DNA of 62,731 nt, the filler included, from Thermodesulfobacteriota bacterium (GTDB lineage Bacteria; DASVDK01), in assembly GCA_036381125.1 (NCBI GenBank). It is 9 parts of 9 records of this genome, joined end to end, with 100 filler letters (N's around TTAATTAATTAA, not from the genome) between each part and the next. Parts side by side here need not be neighbours in the genome. Positions count along the whole stretch, not along the records: positions 18,500 to 34,293 come from DASVDK010000236.1; 8 more parts are not named here. One strand, 5' to 3'. Below the pieces are notes generated by a model. It was not told the origin of the DNA. It searched no databases and saw only the letters and a program-made list of their open reading frames with translations. Of the stretch, positions 19,586 to 28,035 are shown piece by piece. The stretch's first letter is position 1. Every line of letters begins with the position of its first letter. A program made the translations under genes and the position numbers.

Positions 19586-20122
19586 ATGAAGATCACCCCG
19601 CTCGACATCCAGCAGCAGCGCTTCCGCCAGCAGTTCCGCGGCTACGATACAAAGGAAGTCGACACCTTCCTCGAGATGCTTGCCAACGAGCTGGCCGAGA
19701 TGACCCGCGAGGCGAACCTCCTGCGCGACGAGCTGCGGCTCAAGGAGCAGGAGCTGGCGGAGTACCGCGAGCGGGAGCGGTCGATCCAGGAGACGCTCCA
19801 CATGGCGCAGCGCGTCCGCGAGGAGAGCCAGGAGGCGGCCAAGAAGGAGGCGGAGCTCATCCTCCGGCAGGCCGAGCAGGAGGCCGAGAAGCTCCTCACG
19901 GCCGGCCACCTGCGCCTCTCGCGGGTGCTCGACGAGATCACGGCCCTCAAGGGCCAGCGCGTGACGCTCGAGGAGGACATCCGCGCGATCGCCACGCGGC
20001 ACCTCAAGCTGCTCGAGGTCGAGCGCGAGGCCCGTCCGGCCGACTCGCCGGAGCTCGAGGACAAGCTCAGGCTCTTCCGCAAGGCGGAGGGGGGGGCGAA
20101 GCCCCAGTCGGGGGGGGCGTGA
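19586..20122 (+). CDS. divIVA: DivIVA domain protein
   Basis: MKITPLDIQQQRF..FRGYDTKEVDTFL followed by coiled coil. Confidence 0.92.
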   Translation: MKITPLDIQQQRFRQQFRGYDTKEVDTFLEMLANELAEMTREANLLRDELRLKEQELAEYRERERSIQETLHMAQRVREESQEAAKKEAELILRQAEQEAEKLLTAGHLRLSRVLDEITALKGQRVTLEEDIRAIATRHLKLLEVEREARPADSPELEDKLRLFRKAEGGAKPQSGGA

Positions 20123-20394
20123 GCGAGACCCCTGCCTGCGTGCTGGAGGTCGAGGTGCAGCCTCGGGCCTCCCGCACCGAACTGGCGGGGTGGCGGGAGG
20201 GACGGCTCCGGGTCAGGCTCCAGGCGCCGCCGGTCGAGGGCGCCGCCAACGAGGCGCTGGTCGCGTTTCTGGCCAGGCGGCTCGATCTCCCCAAACGGCA
20301 GGTCATCATCGTGGGCGGCGCAGCCGCCCGTCGCAAGCGGCTGCGCGTCGAGGGGCTCGACCGCGCCGCGGTGGAGGCACGGCTGCAGACATGA
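20119..20394 (+). CDS. yggU: DUF167/YggU family protein
   Basis: VQPRASRT, LRVRLQAPPVEGAANEALVAFLA. Confidence 0.9.
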   Translation: MSETPACVLEVEVQPRASRTELAGWREGRLRVRLQAPPVEGAANEALVAFLARRLDLPKRQVIIVGGAAARRKRLRVEGLDRAAVEARLQT

Positions 20395-21149
20395 GGCTTT
20401 CGGGTCGGCGGGCCCTCGTCACGGGCGGCTCGCGGGGGATCGGACGGGCCATCGCGCTGGGGCTCGCGAAGGAGGGGGCGGACGTCGTCGTGAGCTACCG
20501 GGCCGACCGGGAGTCGGCCGAGGCGACGGCGTCGGCCATCCGGGCGTTCGGGCGGAAGGCGGTCGTCGTTCAGGGGGACGCGGCGGTCCGCGCCGACGTG
20601 AACCGGTTCGTGGCAGAGGCGGCCGCGGCCCTCGGCGGCATCGACCTGCTCGTCAACAACGCCGGCGTCCTCAAGCGGACGCCGTTCCTCGAGATCGAGG
20701 AGCGCGACTGGGACGCCACGGTCGACACGAACCTCAAGGGCGCGTTCCTCGTCGGGCAGGCGGTGGCGCGCCTGATGGTCGAGCGCGGCATTGCCGGCGC
20801 CATCGTCAACCTCTCGTCGTCGGCCGCGATCCGCCCGTCGCCCAACCTCGCGCACTACTCCGTGAGCAAGGCCGGCGTGAGCATGCTGACCCAGGCCATG
20901 GCGGTCGAGCTGGCGCCGCACGGCATCCGTGTGAACGCCGTCTGCCCCGGCCTCATCGAGACCGACATCAACCGCAAGGACATCGCCGACCCCGCGTTCC
21001 GCGAAGCGAGGCTGGCCCGCATCCCCCTCAGGCTGATCGGGGCGCCCGAGGACGTCGTCGGCGCGGTCGTCTACCTCGCGTCGGCCGACGAGGCGCGCCT
21101 GGTGACCGGCGCGCTGCTCGTGATCGACGGCGGGTTCACCATCTACTAG
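20391..21149 (+). CDS. Short-chain dehydrogenase/reductase
   Basis: TGGSRGIG, NNAG, YSVSK, IRVNAVCPG; ATGA overlap. Confidence 0.95.
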   Translation: MRLSGRRALVTGGSRGIGRAIALGLAKEGADVVVSYRADRESAEATASAIRAFGRKAVVVQGDAAVRADVNRFVAEAAAALGGIDLLVNNAGVLKRTPFLEIEERDWDATVDTNLKGAFLVGQAVARLMVERGIAGAIVNLSSSAAIRPSPNLAHYSVSKAGVSMLTQAMAVELAPHGIRVNAVCPGLIETDINRKDIADPAFREARLARIPLRLIGAPEDVVGAVVYLASADEARLVTGALLVIDGGFTIY

Positions 21150-21151
21150 CT

Positions 21152-21175
21152 GGGGTCAGGTCTTTCCGTTTTCCG
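21152..21175. repeat. Single copy of the 25-bp repeat family
   Basis: GGGGTCAGGTCTTTCCGTTTTCCG, 2 nt after the SDR stop. Confidence 0.9.
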
Positions 21176-21233
21176 CAGCCGACCCGCCCCGCGCCCGACC
21201 CTGCCGGGATCCGTCCCGGAGGCTCGCGGCCGC

Positions 21234-22457
21234 TCAGCGCAGCTCCTCCGGCGGCTTGACCCGCCGGAAGGTGAAGAGCAGCAGCACGTCGTAGAGCGCC
21301 TTGATGAGCCCGGCGAGGACGAAGGGGAGCCCCAGCGCCGGCGCCGCGAGGGTCGCGCTCGTGAAGACGGGCGCCACCGCATAGGCGACGTTGCGGGCAA
21401 CGCCGGTGAGGCCGGCTGCCGCCGACCGCTCGTCGGGCGCCACCACCGCCATCAGGTAGGACTGCCGCGTCGGCAGGTCGAGCTGCGAGCAGAGGAAGCG
21501 CAGCAGCAGCACCGCCACGGCCGACTCCACCGTCGGCATGAACGGCACGAGCACGAGGAGTCCGTTCGACGGCAGGTGCGTGAAGACCATCGTGTTGAGG
21601 AGGCCGATGCGCCGGGCGATCGGCGCGGCGGCGACGTACGAGGCGGCGGCGCAGAGGTTCGCCCCGAAGAAGACCGCCCCGAGGCTCGCCGTGTCGAGCC
21701 CGAAGCGGAGGGCGAACCAGTAGGCCATGAGGCTCTGCACGATGAAGCCGCCGCCGAAGGCGTCGAGCGCGAAGAGGGCCGAGAGCCCGAAGACCCTCCG
21801 GCGCGACCGGTGGATGCCGAGCCAGGCGCCGGGACGGCGCGCGCCCGGCGCGGCGCGCGGCGGCTCGACCGCCGGCGTGAGCCGCGCGAAGAGCGCGACG
21901 AGCGCCAGTCCGGCTACGGCGTACGCGGCGACGAGCGCCCGGTGGGCGGCAAGGCCCTCGAGGCCGGCCAGCGCCGGCAGCCCGGCGGCGAGCGACCCCA
22001 GGGCGACGGCGAGCGTGCCGACCAGGTTGTAGGCGGCGAAGGCGCCGGTCCGCCCCTCGTCGGTCGTCGTCTGGGGCAGCGCGGCCATCTCGACCGTCAG
22101 GAACGGGCCCAGCTCGCGGCCCGCGGGGTTGATGGCGGCGAGCACCGCGGCGGCGGCGAGCAGCGCCGGACTCGCAGCCACACCGAACGCCGCACCGCCG
22201 AGCGCCATGAGCGCCGCGCCGGCCACGAGCACGCGGCGGCGTCCCACCCGGTCGGCGACCGCGGCGACGAGCACCGTTGCGGCGGCGCTCCCCGCCAGGG
22301 CGGCGGTGAAGACCCACCCGATCTCGGCGGTGCCGAGGCCGAGCGCCTCGAGGTAGGGGGCGAGGGCGATCGAGAGCGCGCTGTACGCGGCATTGCGGAC
22401 GAACGCGGCGGCGAGCAGCCGCCGGCCGTCCGGGGCCAGGCGCGAGAACCGGGGCAC
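21234..22457 (-). CDS. MFS transporter
   Basis: ADRVGRRRVL motif A, LFALDAFGGGF, IGLLNTMVFTHLPSN, PTRQSY; GGAGGT RBS before GTG 22457. Confidence 0.9.
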   Translation of the reverse strand: MPRFSRLAPDGRRLLAAAFVRNAAYSALSIALAPYLEALGLGTAEIGWVFTAALAGSAAATVLVAAVADRVGRRRVLVAGAALMALGGAAFGVAASPALLAAAAVLAAINPAGRELGPFLTVEMAALPQTTTDEGRTGAFAAYNLVGTLAVALGSLAAGLPALAGLEGLAAHRALVAAYAVAGLALVALFARLTPAVEPPRAAPGARRPGAWLGIHRSRRRVFGLSALFALDAFGGGFIVQSLMAYWFALRFGLDTASLGAVFFGANLCAAASYVAAAPIARRIGLLNTMVFTHLPSNGLLVLVPFMPTVESAVAVLLLRFLCSQLDLPTRQSYLMAVVAPDERSAAAGLTGVARNVAYAVAPVFTSATLAAPALGLPFVLAGLIKALYDVLLLFTFRRVKPPEELR

Positions 22458-22515
22458 GCGACGACCTCCGTCGCATACCCTACCGCCGCGGCCCCCGGGC
22501 CCGGGCGCGGCGAGC

Positions 22516-22544
22516 TTGACACCGCCGCCCCGCGCCCGTAGAGT
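22516..22544 (+). promoter_or_regulatory. Sigma70-type promoter for the CHASE2/HD-GYP gene
   Basis: TTGACA-N17-TAGAGT. Confidence 0.65.
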
Positions 22545-22587
22545 CCGCCCCCGCCGCCCGCCGGGCGGACGCCGGGGGAGGGCCGCC

Positions 22588-24606
22588 GTGATCCGGACGC
22601 CGCTCGTCGTGCAGCTCCTGTCCGCCGCCTGCGCGGTCGGCGCGGCCACGCTCATCGGGCTCGCGGGCCTCCTCGACCGGGCCGTCCACGATCGCCTGAC
22701 CCGCCTGCTCGAGCGCCCGTACGCGGGGCCGGTCGTCATCGTGGCCATCGACCAGGCGAGCCTCCGGGAGCTCGAGGGGTGGCCCTGGCCGAGGTCGCGC
22801 CACGCGGCGCTCGTCGATCGCCTCACCGCGGCCGGCGCCCGGGTCATCGGGCTCGACATCGACTTCAGCAGCTCGAGCCGCCCCGACGAGGACGCGAGCC
22901 TCGCCCGGGCGATCCACCGCTCGGGGCGCGTCCTCCTGGCGGCCTTCAAGGAGGAGCGGGTCCTCGCGAACGGGCTCACCCTCGAGTACGCGAACGTTCC
23001 CTTGCCGCTCCTCGCCGAGGGGGCCGCGGCCGTCGGGAGCATCCTCATCCCGGTCGACCCCGACGGGGCGGTCCGGCGCGCGTCGCTGCGCGACACGATC
23101 GCCGGCGAGCCGATCTACGCCTTCGGCCTCGAGGCGGCGCGACTCGCTGCCGGCGTTCCGGCCGAGCGCCTCGCGGCGTCGGCCGGCGGCGGCGACCTCT
23201 GGCTCGACTTCACCGCCGGGCGGCCGCCCGTCGTGTCCTACGCGGACGTGCTGGCCGGGCGCGTGCCGGACGAGGCCTTTCGCGATCGGATCGTCCTCGT
23301 CGGCGCCACGGCGCTCGAGCTGCAGGACTTCCGGGCGACGCCGCTCGGCCGCATCACGCCGGGCGTCCAGATCCAGGCGCACGTCGCCGACACGCTCCTC
23401 GGCGGCGGCGGCCCGCGCGTCGTCGGCGGCGCCCGTGCGGGGCTCGCGGCGGTCGGCCTCGCGCTGCCGGCGCTGCTGGCCGCACGGGGGCGCCGGCGGG
23501 CCGTCGGGCTCGCGCTGGCGGGGCTGCCGGCGATCGTCGGGCTCGCGGCGGTGGCGGCGGCCGCGTCCGGCGGCGTCCGCCTGCCGGCGGGCGTCTTCGT
23601 GGTCGCCGGGGTCGCGACCATGCTGGCGCACGGCATCGGGGCCTGGGCGGAGCTGTCCAGGGAGGTCGCGCGCGTCCGGGCCCGCCTCGCGACGCTCGCC
23701 GAGTTCGGACGTCGGGCAGACCCGAGCCGCGGCCCCGCGCAGTCGGTCGAGATCGTCCTCGAGGTCGTCCGCGAGCTGCTCGGCCTGGCCGCGATCGAGG
23801 TCCGAATGGCGGACGGCTCCACGATCCGCCCGCGCTCGACCGGCGACGGCGCCGGCCCCGCGGGCCGTCCGGTCGAGATCCCGCTCGTGGCGTCCGGCCG
23901 GGTGTTCGGCCGGCTCGCCGCGGCCATGCCCGACGGCCGGTCGATCGGACCGGACGAGCGGGCGCTCCTCGAGGCGATCGCCTCGCGGGTGGCGGTCGAC
24001 TCCGAGAACCGGAGCCTCGCGGCCGACCTCCGGTCGATCCACCTGAGCGTCATCCACTCGCTCGCCGTGGCGATCGAGATGCGCAACGCCTACACCGGGC
24101 AGCACTGCGAGGGGGTGGCGCGGCGGGCCGCCGAGATCGCGCGGGCGCTCGGGCTCGACGCCGAGCACGTCGAGCGGATCCGGATCGGCGGACTCCTCCA
24201 CGACATCGGCAAGATCGGGGTGCCGGAGTCGATCCTCCTCAAGCCGGGGCGCTTCACGCCGGAGGAGTACGAGATCATGAAGCAACACGCGGCGATCGGG
24301 CACAAGATCATCAGCTCGCTCCCCTTCCCGGACGAGGTCAAGAACTACGTCCGGCACCACCACGAGCGCTACGACGGCACCGGCTATCCGGACGGCCTGG
24401 CGGGCGAGGCGCTCTCCATCGGCGCCCGCATCGTCGCCGTGGCCGACTGCTACGAGGCGTTCGTGACCGATCGGCCCTACCGGCCCCGCGTGACGGCGCG
24501 CGAGGCCTTCGCGTACATCAAGCAGCACCGCGGCACGCACTACGATCCCGTCGTCGTCGACACGCTCGAGGCGATCCTCCGCGAGCAGGGGGAGGAGATC
24601 GACTAG
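22588..24606 (+). CDS. CHASE2 - TM helices - GAF-like - HD-GYP cyclic dinucleotide phosphodiesterase
   Basis: CHASE2: VIVAIDQASL..WPWPRSRHAALVDRL, DPDGAVRR, IVLVGATA, PGVQIQA. HD-GYP: YTGQHC, LHDIGK, HHERYDGTGYPDGL, RPYR. Confidence 0.88.
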   Translation: MIRTPLVVQLLSAACAVGAATLIGLAGLLDRAVHDRLTRLLERPYAGPVVIVAIDQASLRELEGWPWPRSRHAALVDRLTAAGARVIGLDIDFSSSSRPDEDASLARAIHRSGRVLLAAFKEERVLANGLTLEYANVPLPLLAEGAAAVGSILIPVDPDGAVRRASLRDTIAGEPIYAFGLEAARLAAGVPAERLAASAGGGDLWLDFTAGRPPVVSYADVLAGRVPDEAFRDRIVLVGATALELQDFRATPLGRITPGVQIQAHVADTLLGGGGPRVVGGARAGLAAVGLALPALLAARGRRRAVGLALAGLPAIVGLAAVAAAASGGVRLPAGVFVVAGVATMLAHGIGAWAELSREVARVRARLATLAEFGRRADPSRGPAQSVEIVLEVVRELLGLAAIEVRMADGSTIRPRSTGDGAGPAGRPVEIPLVASGRVFGRLAAAMPDGRSIGPDERALLEAIASRVAVDSENRSLAADLRSIHLSVIHSLAVAIEMRNAYTGQHCEGVARRAAEIARALGLDAEHVERIRIGGLLHDIGKIGVPESILLKPGRFTPEEYEIMKQHAAIGHKIISSLPFPDEVKNYVRHHHERYDGTGYPDGLAGEALSIGARIVAVADCYEAFVTDRPYRPRVTAREAFAYIKQHRGTHYDPVVVDTLEAILREQGEEID

Positions 24607-24773
24607 ACGGATCGCGGGCGAGCCGGAGACCGATCGGCGGCGACGCAGCGCGTCAGCGACGGCGCGCGCCGCCGCTCCCCCGGGAGGCCCGATCCGGCCT
24701 CGGCCCCCGCGCGGGCCGCGCAAGCCAGCGGGACGCCGCCCCCCGCGACCACCGCTCGGCGCGATGTGCGCCG

Positions 24774-24789
24774 CGGCACACGTGTTGCT
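24774..24789 (+). promoter_or_regulatory. Sigma54 (-24/-12) promoter
   Basis: CGGCACA-CGTG-TTGCT; GG 24775-6 and GC 24787-8 separated by exactly 10 nt; ~77 nt before the FecR start. Confidence 0.6.
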
Positions 24790-24865
24790 CCGAATGCCGC
24801 CGGGTCACAACGCGTTCGGGCCGCGCCCCGTGGAACGGGGCGGAGGCCCGGGGGGGGAGGGTTTC

Positions 24866-26035
24866 GTGTTCCGCGTGCTGCCTCGCTCGTCGCCAGCCGG
24901 TGTCGTCGTCGCCGTCCTCGCGCTCGTCGTCGGCCTCCATGCCGCGGCTGCCGAGGCGCAGGTGCGAGAGCCGGCCGCGATCCTCACGGTCGCCGTGGGG
25001 ACCGTCGAGGTGCGCGAACCCGGCGCGAGCGACTGGGAGGCCGTCTCCGCCGGCCACGAGATCGCCGCGGGCGCGATGGTGCGGACCGGGGCCGGGTCGA
25101 AGGCCGAGGTGACGCACGCGGTGGGCGTCATCCGTCTCTTCCAGCACACGGTGCTGCGGCTGCCGGCCGAGCGGATCGGGGAGACGACCGTCGTTCGCCG
25201 CCCCGAGCTGCTCGTGGGGCAGTCGCTCTTCGACGTGATCCCGAGCCGGATCGGCGCCTTCGTCTCTCGCGTCAGCACCCACGCGCGCAGCCTCTTCGAG
25301 GTCGTCACCCCGCACGTCGTGAGCGGCGTCAAGGGGACGCGCTTCGCCGTGATCGAGATCGGCGGCCGGACGGTCGTCGCGGTGTACGAGGGGAAGGTCG
25401 AGGCGTCGGACCTCGACGCGACGCCGCGCGACACGGTCTTTCTCACCTACGGGCAGCTCGCCGAGTACCGCGAGGGGCGGCTCCTCAGGGTGCAGAGCTT
25501 CGACTTCCGTGACGACTGGACCGGCTGGGCGAAGCCCGCCACGAAGCGCCCGTCGTTCGTCGATCCCTCCGTGGGGAACAGTCCGCCGGCGACGATCGGG
25601 GAGAGCCGCCCGACGGACGGAGGTCCTCGCGACGAGACGACGGCCGGGCTCTCCGACACGGGCGGCGGTGTGAGCGACACCGTGGGCAACGTGGTCGGGG
25701 GGGTGACCGGCACCGTCGGCGGCGTGGTGGGCGGCCTGACCGACACCGTGGGCGGCGTGGTCGGCGGCCTGACTGACACCGTCGGCGGTGTGGTCGGCGG
25801 GGTGACCGACACGGTCGGCGGCGTCGTCGGTGGGGTCACCGACACGGTCGGCGGCGTCGTCGGCGGGGTCACCGACACGGTCGGCGGCGTGGTCGGCGGG
25901 GTCACCGACACGGTCGGCGACACGACCGGGTCGGTCATCGACACCGGCGGCACGCTCGTCGGCGGCGTGACCGACACCGTGGGAGGTGTCGTGGGCGGCG
26001 TCCTCGGCACCGTGGGCGGCCTGCTCGGGCGGTGA
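24866..26035 (+). CDS. Exported FecR-domain protein with C-terminal 11-residue Gly/Val/Thr repeats
   Basis: Signal peptide (..LHAAAAEA), GAMVRTGAGSKAEV, FEVVTPHVVSGVKGTRFAV, VAVYEGKVE; GGAGG RBS before GTG 24866. Confidence 0.8.
   Translation: MFRVLPRSSPAGVVVAVLALVVGLHAAAAEAQVREPAAILTVAVGTVEVREPGASDWEAVSAGHEIAAGAMVRTGAGSKAEVTHAVGVIRLFQHTVLRLPAERIGETTVVRRPELLVGQSLFDVIPSRIGAFVSRVSTHARSLFEVVTPHVVSGVKGTRFAVIEIGGRTVVAVYEGKVEASDLDATPRDTVFLTYGQLAEYREGRLLRVQSFDFRDDWTGWAKPATKRPSFVDPSVGNSPPATIGESRPTDGGPRDETTAGLSDTGGGVSDTVGNVVGGVTGTVGGVVGGLTDTVGGVVGGLTDTVGGVVGGVTDTVGGVVGGVTDTVGGVVGGVTDTVGGVVGGVTDTVGDTTGSVIDTGGTLVGGVTDTVGGVVGGVLGTVGGLLGR
25664..26026 (+). repeat. Eleven in-frame 33-bp coding repeats (GGVTDTVGGVV)
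   Basis: Units read directly from the translation; synonymous codon variation between units. Confidence 0.95.
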
Positions 26036-27474
26036 CCGGCGAGGGAGCCGATTCGAGCGTATCGTCGCGGCGACGTGGCGGCCTCCTCGGCCTCCTGATC
26101 GTTGCCCTCGCCGCGGCGTGGCCGGGCGGCGCCGGGGCGGCCGAGGTCTCGGCCGAGGGGTACTACCGGCTCGAGCCCTACGTCCTCGACAACATCGACC
26201 TCGATCGATCGAACCGCCGCGACCGGCGCATGGCGTTCATCGATCACGAGTTCCTCTTCGCCCTGAGCTTCCGCACCGGCGAGATCGAGGCGGCCGTCGG
26301 CTTCGAGCTGGCCGACGGCATCGCCGGACGACAGAGCATCCGGGTCGAGGACGTTCCGTTCGACGACGTGACGGTCGTGGAGCTCTCTCCCGACACGAGC
26401 TCGACGCTCGTCGACTTCTTCTGGGTCCGCTGGCAGCCGGAGGTCGTCACCCTCAAGGCCGGCTGGTTCACCAACGACCTCGACTCGTACCGCTTCTTCC
26501 TCGGCCGGGACGGCGCGCCCTCCGTCCAGCTCGAGCGCGCCTTCGGGCCGCTGCGGGCCCAGTACACGTTCCAGAAGGTCGCCGAGCGGGCGTTCATCAC
26601 CGAGACCAGCAGCTCCGTCCCCGCGCCGCGCTCGACGCTCGTCGGCGTCGGCGACGTCGACGCGCACTACCTCCTCCTCGACGTCCGGCGACAGGATCTC
26701 GGGCCGGTGCGGGTCACCCGGGCGGCGCTCTGGGGCGTGTACGCGTCCGACCGCCGCCCGGAGGACCGCGCCTACATCGGTGTGGTCGGCGGCCAGTTCA
26801 GCCTGCGGACCGGTCGGCTGACGCTCTACGGGGAGGGGGACCTCCTCGTGGGGAAGTACCGCGGCACCACCGCCCTGCCGCTCAACCGTGGGCCCGGGAC
26901 GGCGAACGACGAGACCCTCTCGGCCGGGGCGCCGCTGCGCGGGAGCGTCGCCTTCCTCGGCCTCGCGGCCGACGCGGTTCGAACCGGCTCCGGACGCCGG
27001 ATTCAGGTGGGGGTGGAGGTGCTCCGTGGGTCGGGCGACCGCGATCCGACCGACGGCCGGGCCGAGGACGTCACCTCGCTCGCGCTCGTGCACGCGAACC
27101 TCGAAGGGGACTTCGAGCTGTCCCGGCTCTTCGGCCCCTTCCCGATCGGCGGGCACACCCAGTACCTCAAGTACGTCGGCAACCTGACGGTCGTGAAGCC
27201 GTTCGTGGCGGCCCGGGTGTGGGAGAGCCTCGAGGTCGGGGCCGCCGCCTACTGGCTGCGGACGACGCGGTCGGTGGCGGTCGTGCTGGACGGGACGGCG
27301 ACCGGCGAGCGAACGCGCGACCTCGGCTGGCAGTACGAAGGCTGGGCCCGGCTGGCGCTGAGCCCGGGCGTGAGCGCCGCGCTGCACTACACCTACCTCG
27401 TCCCGGGTCCCGGCCTTCGGCCCGGGGGCGACCCGGCCCAGGGCCTCTACGGCGCGCTGATGCTGGGGTTCTAG
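26032..27474 (+). CDS. Putative outer-membrane beta-barrel (porin/alginate-export-like)
   Basis: Signal peptide ..AAAWPGGAGA-AEV, alternating amphipathic strands, C-terminal YGALMLGF ending in Phe; GTGA coupling to the FecR gene. Confidence 0.7.
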   Translation: MTGEGADSSVSSRRRGGLLGLLIVALAAAWPGGAGAAEVSAEGYYRLEPYVLDNIDLDRSNRRDRRMAFIDHEFLFALSFRTGEIEAAVGFELADGIAGRQSIRVEDVPFDDVTVVELSPDTSSTLVDFFWVRWQPEVVTLKAGWFTNDLDSYRFFLGRDGAPSVQLERAFGPLRAQYTFQKVAERAFITETSSSVPAPRSTLVGVGDVDAHYLLLDVRRQDLGPVRVTRAALWGVYASDRRPEDRAYIGVVGGQFSLRTGRLTLYGEGDLLVGKYRGTTALPLNRGPGTANDETLSAGAPLRGSVAFLGLAADAVRTGSGRRIQVGVEVLRGSGDRDPTDGRAEDVTSLALVHANLEGDFELSRLFGPFPIGGHTQYLKYVGNLTVVKPFVAARVWESLEVGAAAYWLRTTRSVAVVLDGTATGERTRDLGWQYEGWARLALSPGVSAALHYTYLVPGPGLRPGGDPAQGLYGALMLGF

Positions 27475-27541
27475 TCGTCGGGCCCGTGCGGCCCGACCAG
27501 AGCATGGGCCCGCTCCCGGGGGCCCTCCGGGGCCCGGTCGC

Positions 27542-27568
27542 TTAGCACTCTCGCCCGAAGAGTGCTAG
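27542..27568 (+). promoter_or_regulatory. CIRCE element (HrcA operator)
   Basis: TTAGCACTC-N9-GAGTGCTAG, one mismatch to TTAGCACTC-N9-GAGTGCTAA; overlaps extended -10 TGC-TAGAAT. Confidence 0.9.
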
Positions 27569-27612
27569 AATCCGGCGAGCGCGCGGCACGCGCATCGGAG
27601 GTCCGCACAGCG

Positions 27613-27936
27613 ATGCCCATCTACGAGTACGTCTGTCCCACCTGCGGCACTTTCGAGGAGATACAGAGGTTCTCGGACCCGGTCCTGACTGTCTGCCCGA
27701 AGGGCCACGGGGGGGTCGAGCGGAAGATCTCCGCCTCCGGCTTCATCCTCAAGGGCTCCGGGTGGTACATCACCGACTACGCCCGCAAGGGGAACAGCGG
27801 CGGCACGGCGTCGAACGGCGCCGGCAAGAGCAACGCCGCCTCGGGCGAGGCGAAGGCGGCCGGGGAGAGCAAGCCCTCGTCGGAAACCAGGGCCGGCTCG
27901 GAGGGCAAGTCGGCCGCTGCCGGGAGCGGTGCCTGA
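27613..27936 (+). CDS. FmdB-family zinc-ribbon protein (Ruc/Rv0991c-like)
   Basis: MPIYEYVCPTCG..CPKGHG..FILKGSGWYITDY with a Ser/Gly/Ala-rich tail; GGAGG RBS. Confidence 0.9.
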   Translation: MPIYEYVCPTCGTFEEIQRFSDPVLTVCPKGHGGVERKISASGFILKGSGWYITDYARKGNSGGTASNGAGKSNAASGEAKAAGESKPSSETRAGSEGKSAAAGSGA

Positions 27937-28035
27937 CCGCTCCCGGCAGGCCGCTCCCCTCGACTTTACACCCCTTCGACCCCTTTGGTAGATTGCCCCG
28001 GTTCCTCGTCACTCACCCTCCGCAAGCGAGCACCG

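Noticed and set aside
25447-27387. Minus-strand ORF with mucin-like TPPTTPPTVSV repeats
   Set aside because: Reverse-complement shadow of the FecR repeat and barrel genes, which have RBS, signal peptides and motifs.
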